Part shown: positions 1-8,771 of the stretch, piece after piece
Numbering within the stretch: position 1 is the stretch's first letter
Layout: the number at the start of each line of letters is the position of its first letter
NCBI GenBank assembly: GCA_050300995.1
Contig: JBNKYR010000001.1
Location: forward strand, 1-52,988
Reading direction: 5' to 3'
Length of the DNA: 52,988 nucleotides
Source: Crocinitomicaceae bacterium
Lineage (GTDB): Bacteria; Bacteroidota; Bacteroidia; Flavobacteriales_D; Crocinitomicaceae
Made by a program: the position numbers and the translations under genes
Notes under the pieces: model-generated
Seen by the model: the letters and a program-made list of their open reading frames with translations, nothing else
Told to the model about the DNA's origin: nothing
Database searches by the model: none

Positions 1-330
1 CTTTATGCCGATCCTGAAAAATTCGGAAAGCAGGTTGGTGGTGATGTCATCGCGAACAAGAAAACCTTGCTGTATCTCACCGCCATAAACAAAGCCACCA
101 AAGAACAGCAGGAGATCCTGAAACAACTTCAGAATACGAGGGACATCGACCTGAAAATTCGCCGAACCAGGGAAGTATTCGACCACCTGAATGTGCGACA
201 GGACTGCCAGGAACGCATGGAAGAACATTACGCCAAAGCCAAAGAAGCCATTCAATCCATTCAGGTCTCCGAAGAAAAGAAAGCCCCCCTGCTTGCATTA
301 GCCAGTTACCTGATGGACAGGGATATTTAG
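1..330 (+). CDS. Polyprenyl (isoprenyl) diphosphate synthase, C-terminal fragment (5' end outside window)
   Basis: Frame 1 is open from base 1. Translation LYADPEKFGKQVGGDVIANKKTLLYL... resembles the segment following the second Asp-rich motif of trans-prenyltransferases. Stop at 328-330. Confidence 0.7.
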   Translation, partial: LYADPEKFGKQVGGDVIANKKTLLYLTAINKATKEQQEILKQLQNTRDIDLKIRRTREVFDHLNVRQDCQERMEEHYAKAKEAIQSIQVSEEKKAPLLALASYLMDRDI

Positions 331-366
331 AAATATTCTTAACAGGATATTTCGTAATATTCGGCT

Positions 367-903
367 ATGCCATTCAATCGGTTTAATCATTCGATCCTGG
401 GGGAAATACGTCCCCGCTTTAAACTAAAGATCTCCGTTCCACCGGAACAGGCGCTTGATCATGCTGCTCAACGGCTTTACAATGATAAAACGGTCAGTGG
501 TGAACGCTCCGATCATTTGCTATTCCTGAAAACACCCAGTTGGCAACGTCATTACTGGTCGCCCGAAATGACCGTAAGGATCGAAGTTGAAGAATTTACG
601 GATTACACCACCGTGTCCTGCCTGGTCGGTCCTCGTCAGACCGTATGGGCATTGTTCACCTTCATGTATGCCGCGATCATCATCGCATCCACCTTCGGTG
701 GGATTTTCGCCTGGGTAAACTACTCGGAAACGGGAGCAAGCGGCTGGTTATGGATCTTTCCGATCGGCGTAATCCTCACGCTCAGCATCTTCATAACTTC
801 TAAGATCGGACAACACAAGGGAAGGGATCAGATGCTTCACCTTGTCAGCTTTATTTACCACACCCTGGACGAAATCGGGGAAGTCGAACGTTTAGAACGA
901 TAG
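367..903 (+). CDS. Hypothetical membrane protein (two predicted TM helices)
   Basis: 178-aa ORF with hydrophobic stretches WALFTFMYAAIIIASTFGGIFAW and WLWIFPIGVILTLSIFI. No recognisable catalytic motif. Confidence 0.5.
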   Translation: MPFNRFNHSILGEIRPRFKLKISVPPEQALDHAAQRLYNDKTVSGERSDHLLFLKTPSWQRHYWSPEMTVRIEVEEFTDYTTVSCLVGPRQTVWALFTFMYAAIIIASTFGGIFAWVNYSETGASGWLWIFPIGVILTLSIFITSKIGQHKGRDQMLHLVSFIYHTLDEIGEVERLER

Positions 904-940
904 GAACGGATTGAAACTATTTATCCTATCTTGGTAGCGC

Positions 941-1525
941 ATGCAACTGGATGATCAGGCATTTATTGAATTAGTCGGACAGAATAAAGACCGTGCTTTT
1001 CAGGCGTTGGTAGACGCTTGTTCCGGAATGGTTTACAATGTCTGCCTGAACATCGTACTCCACCGCGAAGACGCTGAAGACGTAACACAGGAAGTTTTTA
1101 CAGCAGCGTATCTGGCCCTCGACAAATTTGAAGGGAAATCAAAGGTCAGCACTTGGATGTACTCCATTGCCCTCAACAAATCGAAAGAATTTCTCCGGAA
1201 TAAAAGCCGAAAGAAACGAGCCGGTTTTCAAACGGAACTTGAACGGGAAGACAGTCATATTGTCCCTGTTCAAACTATCAATTTTGAACATCCGGGAGTA
1301 CAATTGGAAAACAAGGAGCGGGCCGCAGTTTTCTTTTCAGCCCTGGATAAATTGCCCGAATCTCAACAAAATGCTTATCGGCTCCATAAAGTGGAAGGAC
1401 TTAGTTATCAGGAAGTCGCTGAAATTCTGGAAACCTCTGTCTCTTCCATCGAATCCCTGATGTTCCGTGCCAAGAAACGCCTGAAGGAACTTTTGAGCGA
1501 TTATTATGAAAAAAATGAGCGATGA
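941..1525 (+). CDS. ECF-type RNA polymerase sigma-70 family factor
   Basis: 194 aa. Region-2-like segment (DAEDVTQEVFTAAY...FEGKSKVSTWMYSIALNKSKEF) and region-4 HTH (LPESQQNAYRLHKVEGLSYQEVAEILETSVSSIESLMFRAKKRLKE). Confidence 0.9.
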   Translation: MQLDDQAFIELVGQNKDRAFQALVDACSGMVYNVCLNIVLHREDAEDVTQEVFTAAYLALDKFEGKSKVSTWMYSIALNKSKEFLRNKSRKKRAGFQTELEREDSHIVPVQTINFEHPGVQLENKERAAVFFSALDKLPESQQNAYRLHKVEGLSYQEVAEILETSVSSIESLMFRAKKRLKELLSDYYEKNER

Positions 1526-1543
1526 GCGCAAGGTAGAATCAAA

Positions 1544-1846
1544 ATGAGCAACTTAGCAAATATGAACGAGAAGGAACATTGGATTGAACGACACCTGAAT
1601 ACCGGTGAATTCATTCATCGGACGGAGCCCGGTTCGGACCTGATGAACCGCCTGAGAGCGATTCCCGGCAACGTGCCGAAAGTGGTCAATATGGTTCCCA
1701 AAAGGGTCATTTGGATGGTCGCCGCCGGATTGGCATTGCTGATCAGCCTGAACCTGCTTTCCGTAAAATCTTATGAAAAAGCTTCTGACCGACAGGAGAT
1801 TTCTCAAACAGACGATATTTACTTTTCATACCTGAAACAACTCTGA
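1544..1846 (+). CDS. Putative small single-pass anti-sigma factor
   Basis: 100-aa ORF 18 nt after the sigma gene. One TM helix (VIWMVAAGLALLISLNLL) and a very short extracytoplasmic tail. The call rests on position only. Confidence 0.5.
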   Translation: MSNLANMNEKEHWIERHLNTGEFIHRTEPGSDLMNRLRAIPGNVPKVVNMVPKRVIWMVAAGLALLISLNLLSVKSYEKASDRQEISQTDDIYFSYLKQL

Positions 1847-1848
1847 TT

Positions 1849-2292
1849 ATGAACTCGACGCGCTTTTATAAAGTAACCATCGCGCTCCTGGTAGTGATCA
1901 ATCTTACCACACTGGCTTATCTGTGGTTTACGCGTCCTCCTATGCCTCCACACCCCGGAGAACACCCTGAATTGACCAACGATCTTGGCATAAGTGGTGA
2001 TGCAAAACGAAAAGTTGATGCACTGGAAGTCAGACATCACAAGGAAAAACGCGCACTACTGGATAAAGATCATGCATTGCATGAAACCTATTTCTCCATG
2101 ATCGGGTCAGGAGAAAGTACAGACAGTATCCTCGCTGAAATTCAGGCAAACAACAAAAATATTGAGGAAATGACCTTCGACTTTTTTGATCAAGTAGCAG
2201 GATATTGTACGGAGGAACAAAAGGCGCGACTCAAAGAAATTATCAGCAGACGTCTGCCACGAATGGGACCTCCACCGCCTCCGCGCCATTAA
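1849..2292 (+). CDS. Membrane-anchored periplasmic helical protein, CnrX / Spy-CpxP (heavy-metal sensor)-like
   Basis: 147 aa starting 2 nt after the anti-sigma gene. N-terminal TM (VTIALLVVINLTTLAYLW), helical charged body with a His cluster (EVRHHKEKRALLDKDHALHE), an LTxxQ-like CTEEQKARL and a proline tail PPPPPRH. Confidence 0.5.
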   Translation: MNSTRFYKVTIALLVVINLTTLAYLWFTRPPMPPHPGEHPELTNDLGISGDAKRKVDALEVRHHKEKRALLDKDHALHETYFSMIGSGESTDSILAEIQANNKNIEEMTFDFFDQVAGYCTEEQKARLKEIISRRLPRMGPPPPPRH

Positions 2293-2294
2293 CT

Positions 2295-2918
2295 ATGAGC
2301 AAATTCCTTCAGATCCTTTTTCTCGTAAGTGCTTTTCAACTCTTCGGACAAACATCGCTGCACATTGTTCCGATGCTGAACAATGACACAGTAGAGATTG
2401 ATGTTCTGCGCATGTACCTCACAGATCTGGAGATATATTATGTGGACGGAAGTACTTATACAGATCCGACGACTGCTTACCTTCTGGACATCGAAGAGCC
2501 TTCCTCGCTCGACATTCGATTTTCCGATGCTCCGCAAAAGACTCCTGCAGAGCTCCGGTTCCGCGTTGGAACAGACAGCTCGTTAAACGTGGCAGGTATT
2601 CTGGATGGGGCCCTTGATCCGATTAAAGGAATGTACTGGGCCTGGAATACCGGCTACATCAATTTCAAAATAGAAGGAAAAGCTGGCAAACAACCTTTCG
2701 AATATCACATCGGGGGATATCTTCCACCGTATACCACGGATCGTCTGGTAAGACTTCCCGTTAATGACAGTCTGGAAATGACCGTTTATCTGAATCCTTT
2801 TCCATGGCTGCAAGCTGCGGATGTTTATCGGACTCCTTCTGTGCTGATCCCTGGAGAAAAGGCTTCCAACCTTGCCGACGAGTTCCCATCTCTTTTTCTG
2901 ACAGCCGGGCATGAGTAA
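2295..2918 (+). CDS. mbnP: MbnP-family (copper-binding partner of MbnH) protein, secreted
   Basis: I chose the ATG at 2295 (MSKFLQILFLVSAFQLFGQ signal peptide) over the ORF-track start at 2205. The GMYWAWNTGYINFKIEGK motif is typical of MbnP-like proteins. There is an 8-nt overlap with the downstream di-haem peroxidase. Confidence 0.55.
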   Translation: MSKFLQILFLVSAFQLFGQTSLHIVPMLNNDTVEIDVLRMYLTDLEIYYVDGSTYTDPTTAYLLDIEEPSSLDIRFSDAPQKTPAELRFRVGTDSSLNVAGILDGALDPIKGMYWAWNTGYINFKIEGKAGKQPFEYHIGGYLPPYTTDRLVRLPVNDSLEMTVYLNPFPWLQAADVYRTPSVLIPGEKASNLADEFPSLFLTAGHE

Positions 2919-3927
2919 GCTCTATTTATACGTCTTCTTGGCCGCGGGGCTCCTCCTCTTCGGTTTCCGGCAGGCCTCGGATACGTTTCAAACTCCATCA
3001 ATACCGGAAGGATGGCCCGAACCGAATTATGATTTTTCTCAAAACCCGGTAACGGATGAAGGCTTCGAACTCGGTAGAAAGCTCTTTTATGACCCCGGAC
3101 TTTCGCGGGACAACACCATTTCATGCGCAAGTTGTCATTTGCAGTACACCGGTTTTACACACGTCGATCATAATGTAAGCCACGGCATTGACGGACGAAA
3201 AGGCACGCGAAACGCACCGGCACTCATCAACCTCATCTGGCAGGAACAGTTTCACTGGGATGGTGGTGTCAACCATCTGGATGCACAAGCGATCAATCCC
3301 ATCACGCATCCTGCAGAAATGGACAACTCGCTTGAAGCCGTATTGAAATACCTGCACAATTCCCCGCAATACCGATTGCTCTTTTTTGATGCCTTCGGAG
3401 ACTCGCTTGCAACTAGCAAAACATTGCTAAAAGCCATTTCTCAATTCACAACTTCTCTGATCTCTTCCAATTCAAAATACGATCAATACATCCGTAAGGA
3501 AATCGAATTTACCCCTCAGGAAGAGAATGGATTGCGCCTATTTCGTCAGTACTGTGTCGCCTGTCACAAAGAACCATTGTTCAGTGTGCCGGGATTTGCC
3601 AGCAACGGACTTCCAATGGACACTGCCTACCGGGACGTGGGACGCTATGCCATCACACACCTTTCACAGGATTCTCTTCAGTTCAAAGTCCCGACACTTC
3701 GCAATATTGAAGTAACCTTTCCCTACATGCACGATGGCCGTTTCAGGAAACTCAAAGAGGTACTGGAACATTACACCAGTATCGATACCGAAATGCCGCA
3801 TCTCAGCAAAGCACTTCAAAATAGAATCGTTCTTACCGACGACGAAAAGAAAGATGTCATTGCCTTTTTGTACACCTTGACGGACCGGGAATTCCTTTTC
3901 AATCCGACTTTTGGTTTCCCTCGCTAG
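2911..3927 (+). CDS. mbnH: Di-haem cytochrome c peroxidase, MbnH/MauG-like
   Basis: 338 aa with an N-terminal signal/anchor and two CxxCH haem motifs (CASCH, CVACH). Also has typical CCP/MauG segments (GTRNAPALIN, FHWDGG, KVPTLRNIE.T.PYMHDG). Confidence 0.85.
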   Translation: MSKLYLYVFLAAGLLLFGFRQASDTFQTPSIPEGWPEPNYDFSQNPVTDEGFELGRKLFYDPGLSRDNTISCASCHLQYTGFTHVDHNVSHGIDGRKGTRNAPALINLIWQEQFHWDGGVNHLDAQAINPITHPAEMDNSLEAVLKYLHNSPQYRLLFFDAFGDSLATSKTLLKAISQFTTSLISSNSKYDQYIRKEIEFTPQEENGLRLFRQYCVACHKEPLFSVPGFASNGLPMDTAYRDVGRYAITHLSQDSLQFKVPTLRNIEVTFPYMHDGRFRKLKEVLEHYTSIDTEMPHLSKALQNRIVLTDDEKKDVIAFLYTLTDREFLFNPTFGFPR

Positions 3928-3997
3928 TTTTTTTTCAAGACGAACGCAAGTTTTTCAAAGCAAAAACAACTTATTGACCATACCTCAAATAAAAACT

Positions 3998-5374
3998 ATG
4001 AAAAATACTCTCGTCCTACTTAGCTTCAGCCTCTTTGGTATGTATACCATGGCGCAGTCGCCTGAGATCACCTCCTGGATCATTAATACGACAGGAACTA
4101 TGGCCCAGCATTACGTAAGCGGCAACCCAACTCCTATTACCGATAACATTCAGGCCAACGTACAAACAGTTCAATATTCCAACGATTATGTGTACATCAG
4201 CTGTACCGGATTGCCTTCATACATCGTTGGACCTTACCTCGATGGAAACCCGGCTCAGGCTACCGATCGTTCTCACCTGTTCAAGATTCCCCGTCATCCG
4301 GTCGCGGACCCTACTCCAACTACCGTAGGCCTGGGTCAGATTGCAGTATTTATCAACGGGGTTCCTGCCTACAATTATTCGGACGCCATGTCCTACAACG
4401 ACATGGACATCTGGCATCGCAATGCCGTTTACTTTGAAAATGACGGTTTCGATTGCGCCAAAGGACATCCTTCACCAGTATTCCAGGGAGGACCGCCTCC
4501 GGGAGGAACACTTGTAGGAGGGACATATCACCACCATCAAAATCCCTGTGCGTTCAATATTTCAACGGTTGAAATGTCAAATGTATGCGACGTATATCTT
4601 GCAGACGGATTGTACGTTCCGAATGCCAGTGAACACTCTCCGCTCATTGGTTATGCATTCGACGGATACCCGATCTACGGAGGATACGGATATGCCAACA
4701 CGAATGGGACCGGTGGAATTGCGCGTATGACACCAAGCTATCAATTGCGACAGATCACTGACCGTACCACGCTTGCGGACGGGACCGTTTTGCAAGCTTC
4801 CGAATATGGACCAAGCCTTGCCAGTACTCCATTGGGAGCATACGCCGAGGATTTCGAGTACGTAGCTGGTTCCGGTGATCTGGACGAGCACAACGGGCGT
4901 TTCTGCGTCACACCTGAATATCCGAACGGAACATATGCCTATTTTGCTACAATTGATGATGACAATAACTCTGTGTTCCCTTACATTATTGCCGAAACAT
5001 ACTACGGCGAAGTTGTTGCAGCGAACTTCCCCTCACCGGGAGGCACTACTTCAACAAATGTTACGATCACAGAATCAGTCACTACGTATGATCCTTCAAC
5101 GGCCGACCTGAACAGTATCAAAAAGGAGCAATTGGGTGTTACCGTGTTTCCAAACCCTGTCAACGATATTCTTGTGATCCAATCCACGACTTCTCAACTT
5201 TTTGATCGAAAAGTGGAATTGATTGATGCGGGTGGAAACATTGTGGCCACGCAAACGCTGAAAATGGGAAGCACCATGTGCTACTTTGATGTTGCAACCA
5301 TTTATGCAGGAAATTACTTTGTGAAAGTCTCCGCCGGAGATTTCTTCGAAACGACTAAAATCGTCATAGAATAA
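3998..5374 (+). CDS. YHYH-domain protein with T9SS C-terminal sorting domain
   Basis: I chose the ATG at 3998 (MKNTLVLLSFSLFGMYTMAQ signal peptide). Contains GGTYHHHQNP (YHYH-type motif) and DGYPIYG. The C-terminus VTVFPNPVNDILVIQ...YFVKVSAGDFFETTKIVIE resembles a Por/T9SS CTD. Confidence 0.7.
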   Translation: MKNTLVLLSFSLFGMYTMAQSPEITSWIINTTGTMAQHYVSGNPTPITDNIQANVQTVQYSNDYVYISCTGLPSYIVGPYLDGNPAQATDRSHLFKIPRHPVADPTPTTVGLGQIAVFINGVPAYNYSDAMSYNDMDIWHRNAVYFENDGFDCAKGHPSPVFQGGPPPGGTLVGGTYHHHQNPCAFNISTVEMSNVCDVYLADGLYVPNASEHSPLIGYAFDGYPIYGGYGYANTNGTGGIARMTPSYQLRQITDRTTLADGTVLQASEYGPSLASTPLGAYAEDFEYVAGSGDLDEHNGRFCVTPEYPNGTYAYFATIDDDNNSVFPYIIAETYYGEVVAANFPSPGGTTSTNVTITESVTTYDPSTADLNSIKKEQLGVTVFPNPVNDILVIQSTTSQLFDRKVELIDAGGNIVATQTLKMGSTMCYFDVATIYAGNYFVKVSAGDFFETTKIVIE

Positions 5375-5393
5375 ATCTGTGATTTTTCGGTTG

Positions 5394-5425
5394 AAAGGCC
5401 CTCCTTGCGGGGGCTTTTTTGTTTT
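5394..5425 (+). terminator. Rho-independent terminator closing the sigma-to-YHYH operon
   Basis: AAAG(G)CCC-tccttgcg-GGGCTTT stem followed by a TTTTTTGTTTT run, 20 nt after the YHYH stop. Confidence 0.5.
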
Positions 5426-5503
5426 CTACTTATGCTATCAAGCTCTCCTCTAATCGGTTCAATTGTTGTACCTTTGTTTCGCATTCTCAATCGCCTACGA
5501 AAA

Positions 5504-8500
5504 ATGAAAACGATCAACAGATTACTACTACTCTTCTTTTTCTTTTTGAGTACCATTGCCTTCGGTCAGCTTGTCTTCCGGGAAATGCCGTTGGACGAGA
5601 CCCATATCGATTATAAAAACAACCTGTACGAGAGTCCTGAACTCAACGTGCTCACCTACCAGTATTATCACAACGGTGGAGGGGTCTGTATCGGGGATAT
5701 CAACAATGATGGTCGACCCGACATTTATTTTTCTTCCAACATGGAGCCCAATCGGCTGTACCTGAACAAAGGCAACTTCGAATTTACGGACATCACCGAT
5801 CGGGCCGGAGTACATGGTGATCGCGGATGGGCAACAGGTGCCTGCATGATCGACATCAATAATGACGGATGGCTGGATATCTATGCGATCAAATCCGGAA
5901 ACGGATCGCCGGAAACACGCAGGAACCGTCTCTATATCAATAACGGCGATCTCACCTTTACCGAACGTGCCGCCGAGTATGGCCTGGACGACGAAGGCTG
6001 GGGAACGCAGGCTTACTTTTTCGATTATGACAAGGACGGTGATCTGGATATGTTCATGCTGAATCATCAAACCAAGCCATTTACCCCTTCCAACGAAAAC
6101 GAAGCACGCCTGGAATTTGACCGCGATGCCCTGGCAGGTGATAAGCTCTACCGCAACGACAACGGAAAGTTTACGGATGTCAGCGAAGCAGCAGGTATCA
6201 AAGGAAGTCCTATCGGTTACGGCCTGAGCGCCAGTATCGGAGATGTCAACAACGATGGCTTCCCGGACATCTATGTATGCAATGATTACATGGAACGCGA
6301 CTACCTCTACATAAATAAAGGTAACGGCACCTTCAATGATGAACTGACTACCAGAATTGATCACATTTCGAATTACTCGATGGGATCCGATATCGGAGAT
6401 ATTGACAACGACGGTCACCTGGATATTATGATCGCAGATATGGCTGCGGAAGACAATTACCGATCAAAAACCAACATGTCGGGAATGAACCCGGAGCGTT
6501 TCTGGAAATATGTGGAGAGCGGCTTCTTCTTCCAGTACATGATCAACACCTTGCAACGCAACAGAGGAAACGGAACATTTTCCGAGATCGCTCAATTATC
6601 AGGCGTTGATAAAACAGACTGGAGCTGGGCTCCGCTTCTTGCTGATTTCAACCAGGATGGATTGAAAGATCTCTTCGTTACAAACGGGTTGCGAAAGGAA
6701 GCTCGTAATAACGACTTCGTGAAGAAGAAAGCAAAAATGATGGCTGAACTTCACAACCCGGACAGCGCTGTGTATACCATGCGTAAGATCCTCGACATCA
6801 TGCCGGCTGAACCAATCCGGAATTACCTCTATACGAACGAGGGTAACCTCAAATTCAATAGCAAGGAAAATTCGGGAATGGAACGCCCAACCTTCTCCAA
6901 CGGAGCTGCCTACGGTGACCTTGATGGAGATGGAGACCTTGATTTGGTTGTAAATAATGTGGATCAGGTAGCGTCGATCTATCGCAACGACTGCAAAGCC
7001 GGAAATTACATCCGTATTCGCTTTGAGGGCCCTGCAAACAACCGATCCGGTATCGGCGCGCGCGTGCATGTTACCAGTGGTGATCTGGTACAAAGCAACG
7101 ATCACTACCTCTCTCGCGGCTACCTTTCTTCCGTGGAAGATGTTCTGCACTTCGGACTCGGGAAGCGGGACGCCATTGCCCTGATTGAAGTGATCTGGCA
7201 CGATGGTAAGATCACCCGATTGAACAACGTAAAGCCCAATCAGACGATCACTGTTAAATACAGTGATGCCGTGGCTTCAAAGAGTGAAACAAAACGGGAT
7301 GTACTTACGATCAAAACATCCGAACAAGACTTGCCATTTACACACCGGGAAAATGATTTCAATGATTTTGACCGGGAAGTATTACTCCCTCACAAAATGA
7401 GCAATCTCGGACCGGCACTTGCAGTGGCGGATGTCAACGGTGATGGCCTTGAAGATTTTTATGTTGGTGGCGCCATCGGGCAGGCGGGCAGTCTTTTCAT
7501 TCAGAAAAGCAACGGCACTTTTTCTCCCGTTCAGCAGACACTCTGGGATGAAAACAAAAACAACGAAGAAGTGGTGGCACGCTTTTTCGATTATGACAAC
7601 GACGGTGATCAGGATCTCTACATCGGTATGGGAGGCAATGAATACAACAATGGTGACGCGCATCAAAAAGATCGCCTCTATCAGAATACCAAAGGACAAT
7701 TCAAATCAGTGGATGCTTTGCCGGAATCGGTCAATTTTTCGACCGGCTGCATCACTCCGGGTGATTTCGACAAGGATGGTGATCTTGACCTGTTCATCGG
7801 TTGCCGCCAGACTCCCGGAAAATATCCATACCCTTCCGGAAGTGTACTCCTCGAATATGTGGATGGAAAATATGTCAATGTTACTCCGGAAAAGGCCGGC
7901 GTACTCGGCAACATCGGTATGGTCACCCAGGCTATCTGGACCGATCTGAACGGAGACAAAACCGATGAACTCGTTCTTTGCGGTGAATGGATGCCTATGA
8001 CCATCCTCTCCTGGAACGGAAAATCTTTTATCGACAAATCGGAAGGTTATGGTATCCGGGAATCCAATGGTTGGTGGTATGGACTGGCCGCCGGCGATAT
8101 CGACAACGATGGCGACATTGACCTGATTGGCGGAAACCTCGGATTGAACTATAAATACCACGCCACTCAGGAGGGACCTTTTCAGGTGTATTCGGATGAC
8201 ATCAACGGAGATGGCAAGAATGACATTGTTCTCGGGTATTACCAGGAAGGAAAAACCTTCCCGCTCCGGGGTCGTCAGTGTTCATCGGAACAGATTCCTG
8301 AACTCAAAAAGGACTTTCCGACCTACGATCTCTTTGCGAAAGCAACGCTTGAAGAAGTTTACGGTGAGAAACTGGAACCTGCACTGCATTACCTCGTGTA
8401 CGATTACGCATCCTGCGTTTTCCGAAATACAAATGGAATGTTCCAGCGACAGGATTTCCCTCATAATCTTCAACGATCGCCGTGGAATGACATTCTGCTT

Positions 8501-8767
8501 ACCGACGTTAACGGAGATGGATTTCAGGACATTATCACAGCCGGAAACCTATACGAAGCAGAGGTTGAGACACCTCGTTGTGATGGCGGAAGTGGGCTGA
8601 TCCTTCTCGGAGGAAAAGACGGTGCTTTCCGGGAGGCAATTCCTTCAGACATCAACTGGGGAGCGGGTAATACCAAACGACTGGCCCTGATCCATATCGG
8701 GAAAACACCAGCGGTTATTGTCGGACGTAACAACGACCAACTCGGAATCGTAAAACTCGGAAAATAA
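5504..8767 (+). CDS. FG-GAP/VCBS repeat protein with central ASPIC/UnbV domain (CRTAC1-like), secreted
   Basis: ATG at 5504 (MKTINRLLLLFFFFLSTIAFGQ). Many D.N.DG..D repeats (DINNDGRPDIY, DINNDGWLDIY, DYDKDGDLDMF and others). UnbV/ASPIC-like segment NRSGIGARVHV...YLSRGYLSSVEDVLHFGLG. Confidence 0.85.
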   Translation: MKTINRLLLLFFFFLSTIAFGQLVFREMPLDETHIDYKNNLYESPELNVLTYQYYHNGGGVCIGDINNDGRPDIYFSSNMEPNRLYLNKGNFEFTDITDRAGVHGDRGWATGACMIDINNDGWLDIYAIKSGNGSPETRRNRLYINNGDLTFTERAAEYGLDDEGWGTQAYFFDYDKDGDLDMFMLNHQTKPFTPSNENEARLEFDRDALAGDKLYRNDNGKFTDVSEAAGIKGSPIGYGLSASIGDVNNDGFPDIYVCNDYMERDYLYINKGNGTFNDELTTRIDHISNYSMGSDIGDIDNDGHLDIMIADMAAEDNYRSKTNMSGMNPERFWKYVESGFFFQYMINTLQRNRGNGTFSEIAQLSGVDKTDWSWAPLLADFNQDGLKDLFVTNGLRKEARNNDFVKKKAKMMAELHNPDSAVYTMRKILDIMPAEPIRNYLYTNEGNLKFNSKENSGMERPTFSNGAAYGDLDGDGDLDLVVNNVDQVASIYRNDCKAGNYIRIRFEGPANNRSGIGARVHVTSGDLVQSNDHYLSRGYLSSVEDVLHFGLGKRDAIALIEVIWHDGKITRLNNVKPNQTITVKYSDAVASKSETKRDVLTIKTSEQDLPFTHRENDFNDFDREVLLPHKMSNLGPALAVADVNGDGLEDFYVGGAIGQAGSLFIQKSNGTFSPVQQTLWDENKNNEEVVARFFDYDNDGDQDLYIGMGGNEYNNGDAHQKDRLYQNTKGQFKSVDALPESVNFSTGCITPGDFDKDGDLDLFIGCRQTPGKYPYPSGSVLLEYVDGKYVNVTPEKAGVLGNIGMVTQAIWTDLNGDKTDELVLCGEWMPMTILSWNGKSFIDKSEGYGIRESNGWWYGLAAGDIDNDGDIDLIGGNLGLNYKYHATQEGPFQVYSDDINGDGKNDIVLGYYQEGKTFPLRGRQCSSEQIPELKKDFPTYDLFAKATLEEVYGEKLEPALHYLVYDYASCVFRNTNGMFQRQDFPHNLQRSPWNDILLTDVNGDGFQDIITAGNLYEAEVETPRCDGGSGLILLGGKDGAFREAIPSDINWGAGNTKRLALIHIGKTPAVIVGRNNDQLGIVKLGK

Positions 8768-8771
8768 GGGA

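Noticed and set aside
2205-2294. Upstream extensions of ORF-track calls (2205, 3911, 5405, 10895, 15307, 19481, 21963, 25260, 32056, 46233)
   Set aside because: In each case an internal ATG or GTG gives a clean signal peptide or canonical N-terminus and removes overlap with the preceding gene or terminator. The extended versions would overlap upstream genes (for example 91 nt of murG) or start inside a terminator hairpin (5405).
5528-6418. 296-aa minus-strand ORF, plus several other long antisense ORFs at 6599-7201 and 7706-8161
   Set aside because: These lie entirely inside the strongly supported FG-GAP/VCBS gene. Their I/V/D-rich low-information translation is the mirror of the D/N/G repeat codons. 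They have no start context and no motifs.
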